Positions 23,849 through 37,189 of a DNA stretch of 64,000 bases are shown one piece after another (within the stretch, counting starts at the first letter, position 1; each line of letters begins with the position of its first letter). The DNA is from Mytilus edulis (Eukaryota). The stretch spans positions 13,764,001-13,828,000 of the forward strand of contig NC_092348.1 of the NCBI RefSeq assembly GCF_963676685.1, in the 5' to 3' direction. Below the pieces are notes generated by a model that saw only the letters and a program-made list of their open reading frames with translations, did no database searches and had not been told where the DNA came from. The position numbers and the translations under genes are program-made.

Positions 23849-26800
23849 GGGCATACGATACGGTAGAGATCCCTCGTTGATTTTTTCCTAAAATTTTGAT
23901 AGTAGGTCAATTTTAATGTGTACTTTCCAAATATGAAAAGAAAAAAGTACCTTCATGACTTACTTTTTGAGATAATTTGGTTCGAAATTTGCATATTTGG
24001 AAGAAAATTCCCGAAAATTCATAAATAATGACTTTTAAAGAAAGTAACAATACTTTTGAACAAAAAGTCATAACTTAACCGGGTTTTTTGTAAAACGTTC
24101 CGTTGATCCATGGCATCTACGTGCTGAAACAAGTTTAAGGTTAAACCAAATTATCATTTTCCGGATTTAGATTGATATATGCGAAATAAAGAAATTGACC
24201 ATATTTTTGCGTCTTTTCGGAAGTGCAGAAAAATAATTGATCGTTGATTTTTTCTTGAAATTTTTGCGGAGTATTCTTGAAACAGTACTTGATTGATTGC
24301 AAAAGAAAAAAATATGGGTCCATGTGCTTGTTTTTTCAATAAAAGCTATATACCTTAATTTTTTACGACGTCTATAAGTATGGCGCTAAATTACGTTATA
24401 TAAAGTTTAAATCGCACCAACGTCGTGTAATCATTCCCGCCGTACACGACTATGCTGTCAAGTATATGAAGGCGTTTTCCAAAGCGTTGATACTTATCAT
24501 AAAAATTCATAAGATGGTTATTCGTAAAATCGCTAAACATTTGTGCTAAACATGAGGCTAAACATTTACGAAACGGAATTTGGACAGGAACCTTTTCATA
24601 ATAAAAAAAGGATATAAAAAAAGGATCCTAGCAGATTACTTTGTCAGATGTACGGCAAAACAGAAAAATCTTAAAGAAGTATACAGGTGCAGACATTAGT
24701 TTTAAATTGCTTCATGTACCGAAAGAGGATAGCCAACATTATTGCAAAGGCCCTAACATGGCAAAATGTGAACCAACTATAAATTAAGTGAGGTGATACC
24801 ATTAATTAACAACCGTATTACCTTCCACAATGACAAAACTTGTCAGCTTTAAAAGGCCCCGACGTAGTTGTATTTTTTTTTTTTACATTCAAAAGATAAT
24901 AATCTTTCAAATTTAGATTATAAGGAGTACTTCTTGTTCTATAGTTTGAGTTGTTTTGTGCAATTTCATGTCATAACTGCCTCAGTCGACTGAAAACGAA
25001 GTTGTAGTATAACATTTCATAGGAAGTACAGCAGCTAGTATTAGAGAATAATATTCAAGGATTTCTTTATCAATAGATAAGTTGCATTACCTTTCATACA
25101 GCGTAACTGTATGAATATTTGCGTACTTGTTTGTCTAGAAGTAGAGCTATATTGAAAACACTTTTTTTTCTTTTTCTGTCCGATCGTCTAACTATAATTG
25201 TGTTACTTTTCTCAGAAACAACGCTACTGCATGACTTCATATTTTCTCATCAGCTTGACAGCGACGAGTTTTAACGTGTGTACACTTTCTGATCTGTCTG
25301 TCTGTCTGCAATTAGTGTACATTTGTCGATACTTCAATTTATATCTCTAAGTACAAAAGGGAGATGCTTATACAAATAAGAAGACGTGGTATGATTACCA
25401 ATGAGGGAAATCTCAACCAGAAACCAAATGACAAAGACGTAAACAACTATAGGACATCAGACGGCCTTCAACAATGATTAAGACCCATACCGCATAGTCA
25501 GCTATGAAAAGACCCTACATGACAAATGCAAAACAACTCAAACGGGAAACTTACGGCCTGAGTTAAGTACAACTTGAAACAATGAACGAAATACAAATAT
25601 GATATACAATAACAAACGACACCATTGAATTGCCAGCCCTTTTAACAGCATGTGAACGGACGTTTTCTTGTTTTGGTCTATAACATCCAGATTGATATAC
25701 ACAAAAAATAAACCAATTAAACAAACTAACGTGTGACAATTCTGCATCTATTGGCAATATTTTGCTTAAATGCAAAACAAAAACAACACCAATGGAATTT
25801 TTTTAAATCTTTTTAACGGACTTTTATTGACACCTTTTCTACATACACATATACACATAATATCATATATTTTTTTTAAAATCAATTAAACTCTGCAATT
25901 TCTGTATGTACCAAGGCAAGTCCAGGACAGGATAAGAGACTTCTTTATTTATAATTTTATTTACGAATAGGGGTGTTGTACGACCTTGTCCACCCATGAG
26001 GGTCTCGCATATGCAGTCGGTTTTGTTATTTTATAGATTGTCTGTTAAATTCGGCCGTACATTAACAATTCACCATTCAATTTGCGGTCTGCCCAATGCT
26101 ATACAAGAAGAAAAAAATAAAGGCACAAACTATTTTGATTCTGATTATCTTTCAATTCAAGATTGTATTATTGACTTCATTATCAATGAATGAAAATAAA
26201 TGTTCTCGTCATGAAAAATATTGCACACCTGTACCCCATGCCGTAGTAATGACTTTTGTGTATGGATTTCAAATCTTCCAACACTAGACCCGATTCGGCC
26301 ACCCTACGCGCCATATATTTTGTTAAAATTTTCTTGTTAATCACGGATACATACGTTTTCTCATTTCTTTTAGTTTCATTAAAACAACATGCTGATATCA
26401 TAAATGTTCAATTAAATATTTGCTGCTGGACGTTAAGCAGCAATTAATAGATACAGGAAGATGTGGTATGAGTGGCAATGAAATAACTCTCAATCCAGGT
26501 AACAATTTATAAAAGTAAACCATTATAGGTCAAGGTACGGCCTTCAACACGGATCCTTGGCTCACACCAAACAGCAAGCTATAAAGGGCGCTAAAATTAC
26601 TAGTGTAAAACCATTCAAACGGGAAAACCAACGGTCTAATCTATATAAAATCTATACTCATAATTAGCTATTGCAGCTTTTGTCATGTTTGTGCTGATGG
26701 CAAAAATAGCAGGTCCTTTTGTTCCGTAATGTGTCTTATTTCATTTTGTAAAAATATTATTCAGCATGTTACAGTTTGAGCAACGAATAGTAGGATAGCT

Positions 26801-27300
26801 CCGAAATCCTTGCAATTTTTCTTTCTCTTAGTACGTTGACCAGATTTCGTTTGGCCGTGCAGTTTTGGCAGTTATTCAGTGCTTTTGCCAGACTAAAAAG
26901 CTCCACAATTCTTCTTCCGTCTTTCCATGTTATACTGTCAGAACTCTCTTCTGTGTCTTTTACCTTTTCTTCAATTCGTCATGCAAAGTTGTATTTGATT
27001 TATTTGTGTTCATCTCCAGTATTTCCTTTGATCTCACTGCTCTTCGGCGGATTTCGCCGTCTTTTAGAAACGACATAGCCGCTTTTTTAGCAGGTACTTT
27101 TTTGAAATTCGCGCAACCTGATTATGACATCAGTGAATATTCCGCGAAAATATGAATTCATTTAAAGCGTCGTCGCGAAATGTTAACGTTCTTATTAGAA
27201 ACATCGCGAAATTACAACGTTCTGGTTACCAACGTCGCGAAAACAACAGGAAAAGTTTTGAAAACATTATTATCTGCCCCTGCTACTGTATCGTATTCCC
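23849..27300 (-). mobile_element. Kolobok DNA transposon, internally deleted
   Basis: 18-bp TIRs GGGCATACGATACGGTAG / CTACTGTATCGTATTCCC (2 mismatches), TTAA at 23845-48 and 27301-04, RR...YY termini, and a transposase remnant inside. Confidence 0.85.
26665..27076 (-). pseudogene. Kolobok-type transposase N-terminal zinc-ribbon region, frameshifted and truncated
   Basis: ATG at 27076; WKDGRRIVELFSLAKALNNCQNC...GFRSYPTIRCSNCNMLNNI...GPAIFAIST. Confidence 0.75.
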
Positions 27301-27304
27301 TTAA

Positions 27305-30300
27305 CCCTTTCAGCGCCGAGACGTTGTTTTTTCACATGATTACGTTGCCATACATATTTCAATGACGTTACTAAAATGATACGTAACGTAACGTCAACAC
27401 ATTACCGTATAAGCACATGCACGCTATCCTCCGTAATCGATTAATTGGACATCTCATATATTCGGGAAATTTCCCATATCTCCGGCCACATTTGAATTAA
27501 CTTGAGTTCACGTAGCGAATGCGTATTTCCAGTGATTTTTGTTTAATTTCGAAGTTTTTTTTTTATTCTTTTCTAGAATACTATTTAAAACACCCGACAA
27601 TATGGAAATAAATGAAGATTCTTATAGCATGATGAATATCATTATCAAACTATAGCTCAATATCTGTATTTTGATGTAAAGAGGGTGGTACGTGTAAAGG
27701 GTTATTTTCGTGCAACATGTTTTGACATTTTTTTTCCACGTGCAGCCGTGATAAAGGTTGTCGTTATTCATCGTAATTTGTGAAATCGGTAAAAAGATCA
27801 ATGTGCAAGAAAGTTTTAATTGTTCGTTCATCGTTAAATGGCAATTTTATGTCGCCTTCTTTCGTGTAGTTAGGGGAACATGGTGTAACTCATGCATTTT
27901 ACCCTCACAACTTTCGTGAAACTTGTATACAGTGTTCTACAAATACCAAAATCAATTGTATGTTTATACTCTATGATAAGAGCCTACCCCTCTCTTTACG
28001 CCCTCTATAAAGCATCATCAAATGTAAGATTTGATATCATCGAATGATTAAAAAAAAACGAAAAGTGTTCTCAGTTTCTTCATACTTGGCGCGGGTCTGT
28101 TTTTTTCTTAAGCACCATCGATGAAGAGTTCGACTGAACACTTTGCAGATCTTTGCATATCACCACAAAATTAGGGATACCAGTATATAGCATTGTTATA
28201 ATTCAACCATCAGATAAGTCTCAACTTATTGAGTAATAAATAGTTTAGCGGCAAATATTTCACGAATACACAACACTAACTTATCTTTTTTCTGATGTAT
28301 AATCTGAAATAAGTTTGCTTTAACATTACAATTGTGTGACTTCTCTTTCATTTTGATTTGCCGGTTTGGTTTTGAAGAATGTCACTTTTCTGACTAGACC
28401 AGTACATGTAGTTGAAAATATTTAGCATTCATTTTGCTTCTTTTTTTATATAGCCTAAAATTATTTTATTTTTTGGTATTCTATAATTCAAGTCAATTAA
28501 TGTTTTACATGTCAACGGCATGCAAATTTTCATAATTTCACTAAATATTTATTTATGAAGCACTTGGTGAAAATTTAATGTATTAATACCTGTGGTTCAA
28601 ACTGTCTTGACCTTTTTATAGAGTAAGCCGATTTTTTTCCAGATACTATTTCTAAAAAGTGTACAATTAAAGGTACAGTTTTAAGAAATACTTTGCTGTG
28701 CTAAATACATGTCTGACCTAACCTCAGTTTTGTCATGAAATGAGGCCTGTCGCTCAAATAATTTTATGTTTCTTGTTGCGATCATTGACATTGAAAATCA
28801 TATATGAACCCCTTTTTCATTGGTGTGATTTCGGCAGAAAATGAGGAGAAACTATCTCATCGTAAATACACATTCTTTTGGCAAGGGTTTATTTAGGAAT
28901 TTCGTTAAATCGATATAGCCCTAAATGCTTGAACTATTTTCCTTCATTGATTCTTACATTAAGATGTATAGTGTCTAATTACTAGTACATGTACACAGTT
29001 AGTTTGAAGTATGAAATAAAAGAGGTAAATGTTGGTACCAATAGTTTACTCCAATCATAATAACGGACAACGTACTTTCCTTTTTACTGAGATTAATTCT
29101 TCAAGTAATGAATTTGATTTTAATAAATGCACAAATATAATCACAAACTGGTCGACTTACATTAAAAGCCCTTCTCTAAATTTTAAAAAGAGATCCATGC
29201 ATTCCAGACTCAGTGAAAATGAGACTTTAACTCCAGTACACAAACAACTTTACAAAGATATATAGAGGTCAACTTACAGTCTAAAAAAAAGATAGTCGGA
29301 AATATGCATTATACGATATTTCAAACTCTAAAAGCAAAAGTATAAATCGACTGCGAATAAATTATTGGAGGCTACACATATTTGTTATACCATTCACTTC
29401 CTAAATTAAAATTTAGAAGTCTGATATTAACGAACACAACCGCTTAGACAATAAAAACAACACCAACTCAAATACTAACGAAAACAACGACTGGACTGGG
29501 ACAATAATGCCTCATTATATGTTATTATATTTTCATCTTTTTTCCTTAGCTCTATTTGATTATATCTTAATCTTTTTCATATTTAGTCATACGAAGTAGC
29601 TAGATTGCAGTCTTGTTTAGTCTTTCTTGGTAACGAAAAAAAAAACCGATTCAAAATTACGACAATAATGTAATAATTTTAATGGATCAGATGGACTGAT
29701 CTGCATGCTAACTTCTGTATATAAACAAGTTTGTATATCAATTGCGTGTGTTAGGTTTGAATTGTCAGTACTAGTATTAGCTTGTATGTAATTTATATAT
29801 AGAGAATTATGCACTGTCGTCCGTGTTTATATATTGTTTTATTCTTTAGCTGGTTTTTTTAACAATAATGGTTGTTAAAATAAACAATTCAGAATCTTCT
29901 TTTGGCACCACTATTATATTTGAAAGAGTTCGTTATAATAAGTCATGATAGCTGTACGTATGGTAACAAATTAGTCACTTATAGCCACCAAAGTCATCGG
30001 AACAAGGCTATAAACTACGGGTCGTCGTACTGCCTTATACAATAGTTATGTATATATGATCTCCCCCACTTTTGGTTGGGTTGATGTTGCTCAGTCTTTA
30101 GTATTCTTTTCTGCCTGTGTAAATTTAACTTGTCTTTTGGTCAGTTTTAGTGTTTTGCCATGGCATTGTTAGTTTGTTTTTGACTTGTGAGTTTGACTAT
30201 CTCTTTGGTATCTTTTACCTCTCTTTATGTATGCACGATTGGTCACTATATAATTCAATGTGAAACATGTAAAATGAGATGAGCATGACATGTCGGGTAC

Positions 30301-31423
30301 CAGTTTAATATTAGAACAGATAGAAAAAAACTTTTAAAAAAGCTTGACTTGTCAAAATTGGACCAAGCACCAAAAAAAACCCAACACAGTAACAAAGGAC
30401 AAAAATAAATCCAAAAATACGCAGTAAGTGATGGGTAAATCAAAATACGATCTTAACTCAGAATTGAATATGTATTCTAATATTGAATTGACAACAAAGT
30501 GAGACACATGGACACATAAGGCGGAGTATGCAGATTGTATGCCATAATTAAGTATTAGAATGATATAAAATACAAAAATCCGGGTCAAGTTTATTTGGTT
30601 TTCGCAGAAATTATTTTAGAAGACCGGCATTGTCAAAATTATTCATTATAAGTTATAACTTAAATATTGGTTGTTTTTAAAACTAGTGAAGTCAACCCAT
30701 GTTTAAGCCAACCCCAGATGGCTAAATTTCTCAAGAAATATGAAGGGTAAAATAGTGCATTTAAAAAGAGATATTCCCGGATTCTATATACCGACTATAT
30801 TTGCAGAGCTAACCTTCTAAATTTAAACTAACAGTTTTATTGAATAAATTAATAAACAACAAACTATTAAACAAATTATCGAATGATTTTCGATCTGTAA
30901 CACTTCACATTGTAAAAATCGGTAAAAACTCCATGATTTTACTGCAAAACGTTTCCAGTAATATCAAGTACCTGCCACTTTTATACGCAGAAACGTCACA
31001 CACACTGACACAGCATCAGTTTTGATGACGTCATTCAGATAAACGTTACAATTTAAAAATAAAATAACAACTTTTTTTTTTTACAGTCAACCATGTGAGC
31101 TAATTTCATTCAGTTAATTTAATAAATAAAGGCATACAGAGTTTATAATTGGAGTATAGATTGTGTAAAAAGTTGCAAATTATCTCAGACAAAAATAGTT
31201 TCAACCCCAAAATTCAATATATAATTTGAGACTTTTATGTTTATTCTTGAATAACAGAACAAAGTCAATTATTTTTTCTTTAAACCTAATATGGTTTCGG
31301 CAGTCAAATGAAGTTTTTTATATACGTTTTTAATGCTTCGTATGTTCTACTGAAAAACGACAAAAATGTCGTTTTGGCGTGCTAGCGGTAAACGACAAAA
31401 ATGTCGTTTTGGCGCTGAAAGGG
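27305..31423. mobile_element. Non-autonomous piggyBac-like element (~4.1 kb)
   Basis: TIRs CCCTTTCAGCGCC / GGCGCTGAAAGGG with TTAA on both sides. Subterminal tandem aaacgacaaaaatgtcgttttggcg x2 near the right end. No transposase ORF seen. Confidence 0.88.
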
Positions 31424-31571
31424 TTAAGGGCCCCAAAATAACTAGTGTAAAACCATTCAAACGGGAAAACCAACGGTCTAATCTATATGAAAAAACGAGA
31501 AACACGTATAAATTACATAAACAAACGGCAACTACTGTACATCAGATTCCTGACTTAGGACAGGTGCAAAC

Positions 31572-32960
31572 TGGCTTCTTTTGTCTTCCTGTTTTTGACA
31601 AGCATCTGAAGGAACTCCGATTCATTTGAAAATAAGAAGAGGCGCACAGTTCGTTTCCTCAGGAATGCCGACAATTTGTTGAAAAGTTTACATCACAATT
31701 CAACAAATATGTTGTCGATAAGAAATTCCAGCATACTGATCACTTTGTTTTACCCTTTTGTTCACTATTAACAAAAATATGCCTTATGATATCCCAAAGT
31801 TATAAATTTATAGCGTATACTAGCTACCATTTTTATGTTGAAAGGCATTGTGGATTATTGGTAAAGTGAACAGGAGGGAATTTCCTCTTTTCCTAATGTA
31901 AAGGTTCCGATCTTACGGGTTTGAAAAGACGGAAAAGAGCTACATCACAAATAATACTGACAAGTCTGTATATTGAAGAACATGCATTGATACATCCTTT
32001 GTCAAGTGCATATTTAAGAAAATTAACAGGCAGTGAAAAAAAGAATAGTTCTAATTAAGGAATGACTAATATTTTTTCTGTCTGAAGAAATAACATAAAA
32101 AAATTGCACACTGAATAACGCGCGTAGCGGGTTATTTAACAGTGTGCACCACATTTTTTATGTTATTTCGAATATACAGAAGAAATATGACAGTCATTTC
32201 TTATAATTTAATTCTAAATTCCATTTTAAACCGTAGAAAACCATGAAAAAACGTTGATGACGTCACGGTCACATGACTAAATAATGTCTATGGGCTGACA
32301 ACAAAATAACGTCAGCCAATCAGAAGACGCGTTACATCCAAAATTAAATTATTGTAATATAACCCTTGTGGATGATGGCAGATGTGAAAGAAGGTAATCA
32401 AAGCTCTCAGAGGGCGATCTAGATTTGGAAGAATTAATTTTACATTAGGCTGATGGTAAAGTTTTTGCCCATGACTACGTTGTTGTCGTAAGGTTGTATT
32501 AACATTTCCATCACTGCAGGCAGGACTTGACAAATTTCCTACTCCTTTGATGTTATTATTGCAATCATATGGCATTGCATATCCCTTATCTCTCTTTACG
32601 GAAAGGAGTACTTAGTGCAGTGCTATTTGTGTGGTGATAAATTTTCTCGCTGATACGTACTTTCATAAATAAAGAAGGATTATGGTTCGGTTGATTAAAA
32701 TGGTTATAAAGGACCCTTAATTGAGGATTTATATTATCAGACCGGTGTTGATTCATTCTTTGACGCAATGTCTGACGAGTTAACTAACATAAAGTAGTCC
32801 ACACAAAGTACATTCGATTCCGTACACGACAGTGTCCGTTGAACAGTCCAGAGGCTCGGGAGATTTAGTATGATATGTTTTAGACGTAAAGTTACTTGTA
32901 AAATCAGGAGTCGTGATTAATATATAACATGTCTTACACGTGCTTTTTTCCCCATTTTAT
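31572..32960 (-). mobile_element. Naiad-type PLE, 5' part with N-terminal GIY-YIG endonuclease; internal deletion in the RT
   Basis: CKTC...LDCSTDTVVYGIECTLCGLLYV...LRQRMNQHR (32950-32745) lies upstream of RT motifs on the minus strand and is collinear with 52840-54780. Confidence 0.88.
32055..32352 (+). mobile_element. Hairpin-type non-autonomous insertion without TIRs (family member 1)
   Basis: Absent from the sister PLE at ~54465. TTAAG start, hairpin 32056-32203 with apex GCGTAGCG, and an end reading ccaatcagaa...aaattat. Confidence 0.8.
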
Positions 32961-33434
32961 GTTTACAAGAATAAATGATAGTTGTTGATTCACTTGTAGC
33001 CTGTGTCTTTAAACAGTGAAAACTATTGACTCATCATGGCTTTAATTTATGAAAAGTATCTGCATTTTTATTATCTCTTTCAAATACGTCGTTGTTAACA
33101 TTTAAGATATTTATGCATTTGTTCCCATTTTTGTCTGTGTTTGAAAAATTTCTGTATGTCATTCTGATTGTTATTGATTTCTTTCATTATGCTTCTTTCT
33201 AATTTCTTCGTTTCTATGCCTGTCCTGAAAGAATGACGGATCAGTTTCGTCTCCTTATCTCCTTGTCAAGATTTAAGACGACAGCTACTAATTCGTTTTA
33301 GAGATGATACCTTTGATAACTATTTAGAGATGAGTCACTGTACAGCAGGAAATGTTGCTTTTCAATATAAAAATGGTATCCTAGTAGCATACGCTATTAA
33401 TTTATTACTTTGGGTTCCCATACGGCAAATGTTA

Positions 33435-33629
33435 AGGAATGTATCTCCCTCATGCAAAGCTCCGATTCCTTTCACGGATTTGGCTATACTTTTTGGACCT
33501 TTTAGATTATAGCTCTTCATCTTTTATATAAGCTTGGGATTTCAAATATTTTGGCCACGAGCATCACTGAAGAGACATGTATTGTCGAAATGCGCATCTG
33601 ATGCAGGAACATTGGTACCGTTAATGTTA
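33435..33629 (+). mobile_element. Truncated retrozyme insertion flanked by a 7-bp direct repeat (AATGTTA)
   Basis: Absent at the paralogous site (~1640). AATGTTA at 33428-34 and 33623-29. Contains an intact hammerhead. Confidence 0.85.
33561..33604 (+). ncRNA. Minimal type I hammerhead ribozyme with intact core
   Basis: Stem I GCATCA/TGATGC; CTGAAGA; stem II GACA-tgtat-TGTC; GAAA; short palindromic stem III T-gcgc-A; predicted cleavage AUC^ after 33598. Confidence 0.92.
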
Positions 33630-34800
33630 TTGGTAATAGTGGACAAATCAAAAGCAAAAACATTCTATTTTTGTGTATATTTTGGAGTTTAGTATGACGT
33701 CCAGTATCACAACTAGTATACATTTTAGTATGGAGGCCAGCTGAAGCACGCCTCCGGGTCAGGAGTTTCCCTGCTGCATTGGTGACCTTCAGCTGTTGTC
33801 TGCCCTTTAGTCGGGTTGTTGTCTCTTTGACACATTTCCCATTTTCATTCTCAATTTTACACGAATGAAAAAGTGATCAGTACGTTGATTGGGTTCCATT
33901 AATTTATCCCCCAGAACTCGAAACTAAAGAAAAAGCAGACACGGCTATATCTGCCTTATTTTAATACATTTTTTTCGAATTTGACATACACGGTCATCTC
34001 AGTACTACAATCTATAACAAACGAGACGATTTTAATTTTTGAAACTATTAATTTCCTTCCACTTTATTATTAATATACCAACTTCACCTGCATATGGGAT
34101 ATACATTTCCCAACTTTTTTCGGTATTCAAGATCTTGCAGCTGCTACTCAGACTTCACAAATAGCACACGTTGTGACCTTGATTATGATCTTAAAACGCG
34201 TTCCAGTATTTATTTGTCTTTTTGAATATCAGTCAATGTTTGTTGATATCCATCTGATCGACGTGGCTCGGTACGTGTATATCCCGTAATTGTGCTATGG
34301 TAAATTTTTGTATTCTTGTCTTTCATTTTTTGCTTCTATGCTTTGTCAATATGCCTTTTTATGCTTCTTTGTTTGTTTACAAAGTTATTAACATTATAAC
34401 ATTAAAATATGTTGGCTGCTGTACCTATATTTTGACATTTTTACCTATTATATTATGTCTGTCTGTTTTGTTCACAGATCGTTGTCATTACAACGAAATT
34501 TTATGCAACTGTGATACAAGTGAGAGGTTTGGCTACCTATAAAACCAGGTTTAATCAACCATTTTCTACACAAGTATTAAGTGAGGAATGTGAGAGTTGT
34601 AATCCATTCGTTTGATCTGTTTTTTCTCAGTGTGTTTATTTTTTCCTCTTGATTTTTGAAGGCTATTTATTTTAAGTGGATTGAGAAACAGAGAGATTTG
34701 GTTCCGAGAGTACTACTTTCATACTTAGCTTTATGTCGTCGTTATTTTTTTATTATTCATTTTATTCAAATTTTAATCGAAAAAATTAACTCAAAATATC

Positions 34801-36977
34801 ATTCTAATATGACGTGCTTCTTTCGCTTTGTAAACAACACCGTGATAAAATTCTCGATATATCTATACTTAGCGCAGACTCCAAGATGTACACAAATGGC
34901 TGTTTAAATATGCCTCCCACGTAAATCCACATGTATCGTAACCTATGTGTAAACGGTTGTGGATTTCGCTGTGTTAACAATTACACTTGAATAAAACCCT
35001 ACAGAACATTTATTCTGATTCTGATGCATAACAAAAAGAATTTACACATTAGAGAACGGAAAAATGGACAAAAACAAAATAAATTAAAATTCCGCGAAAT
35101 TCCAGTAATGATTTTTGCGCATTAACGTCATTTCAAAACAAGACGTCATACGAATGAAAACGTCAAAGCTGAAGGTTTTTCTATTGCGTTTACCTTCTAA
35201 ACTCGGATACAATTGCATTAAAATAAAGTATTGAGGTGGGTGTTGCTTGTTTTCTGTTCTATTGCATTATTCGCACATTTACTGATTTCAGCAAGTCAAC
35301 ATGGCGGCTCCTTGGTTACAACATGTCAACAGTGAATTTGAAAGTAGCTTACGATAAAAAATGTATTTCAAGAATCTTCTTCTCTGAAACTACTGGGCCA
35401 AATACTTTCAAACTTTAACTGAATGTTCCTTAGGGTATCTAATTTATAAATTGTATCCGAAGTTTTGATCTATCAACAAACATGGTCGCCATTGCTAAAA
35501 ATAGAACATAGGGGTCAAATGCAGTTTTTGGCTTATAACTCAAAAACCAATGCATTTAGAGCAAATCTGACAAGGTAATATTGTTAATCAGGTCAAGCTC
35601 TATCTGCCCTGAAATTTTCAGATGAATCAGACAACCTGTTGTTGGGTTACTGCCCCTGAATTGGTAATTTTAAAGAAATTTTGCTGTTTTTGGTTATTAT
35701 CTTGAATATTATTATAGATAGAGATAAACTGTAAACAGCAGTAATGTTCAGCAAAGTAAAATTTACAAATAAGTCAACATGACGGAAATGGTCAGTTGAC
35801 CCCTTTAGGAGTTATTGCCCTTTATAGTCAATTTTTAACCATTTTTCGTAAATCTTAGTAATCTTTTACAAAAATCTTCTCCTCTGAAACTACTGGGCCA
35901 AATACTTCCAAACTTTTACTGAATGTTCCTTAGGGTATCTAGTTTGTAAATTGTATCCGAAGTTATGATCTATCAACAAACATGGTCGCCATTGCTAAAA
36001 ATAGAACATAGGGGTCAAATGCAGTTTTTGGCTTATAACTCAAAAACGAAAGCATTTAGAGCAAATCTGACGTGGGTAATATTGTTTATCAGGTCAAGAT
36101 CTATCTGCCCTGAAATTTTCAGATGAATCAGACAACCTGTTGTTGGGTTGCTGCCCCTGAATTGATAATTTTAAGGAAATTTTGCTGTTTTTGTTTATTA
36201 TCTTGAATATAATTATAGATAGAAATAAACTGTAAACAGCAATAATGTTCAGCAAAGTAAGATCTTCAATTAAGTCAACATGACCTAAATTGTCAATTGA
36301 CCCCTTAAGGAGTTATTGCCCTTTAAAGACTTTTTTCACAATTTGTTCATCATGTTGACTTACTTTTAAAAATCTTCTCCTTTGAAACTGCTGTATCAAT
36401 TTCAGCCAAACTTAGGCTAAATGAGTTTCAGAGTATCTAGTATAAATTTTATATTTTATTTCCTTGTATGTCAAGAAACATAGCTCCTATGGCTAAAATA
36501 GAACATAGGAGAAAATGATTATTTTTTTTTGGCTTTTGAAGAAAATAGGACGATCCAAAAAACATTTAAATAAATTGAAAAGCCAAAATAATCATTGATG
36601 AGAGATTTAACCAAAAGAATTAAGGTGAGCGATTCAGGCTCTTGAGAGCCTCTTGTTTTTCTAGCGGTTAGTTAAGAAATCACTCATGCAGGTTTATTAG
36701 CCGATTTGTTTTACATTTAACGAACAGTGGGTAAAATAGAACAGCCACACACAAGGTATACCCATCATCGCTTCAGTTTTTTAATGATCGTATTTGTCCT
36801 ATTAGAATCGAAATAATTCATGGAAGCCATAGATTTCTTGTAAATTTACACATGGCCTGGGCCGTGATATTCGTTAATTTTATCCCTCGCTAACGCTCAG
36901 GATAAAATTCGAATATCACGGCCCAGGTCATGTGTAAATTTCCAACAAATCTATGTCTTCCATGAATTATTTCTTAA
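34801..36977 (-). mobile_element. Hairpin-type insertion without TIRs (family member 2), containing a nested HINE
   Basis: Absent from paralog copy A (~3073). Termini ATTCTAATATGACGT...CATGAATTATTTCTTAA match the reverse complement of 50428-51051. Hairpin at 36810-36973. Confidence 0.8.
35370..36657 (+). mobile_element. Helentron-associated (HINE/DINE-like) element carrying ~500-bp tandem repeats
   Basis: Units begin at 35373, 35873 and 36371 (third diverged). 3' end is ggtgagcga, the hairpin aggctcttgagagcct, then cttgtt. Confidence 0.75.
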
Positions 36978-37189
36978 TTTGAGCATGGTAAATATATTAA
37001 ATAATAGCACGGAAGCACATGTATTTGTTTTGGTAAAACACGTGTGTTTGTTTACATCAACATATGTTTTAGAATACCTGTTATATTTGCTGTTTGATTT
37101 AAATGTCATGTAATTTATAATGTTATTATTATGAGTTCTGCATTACGCGGACTAGCATACTGCGTGCTACTGCGTTGCCTGTATTATAA

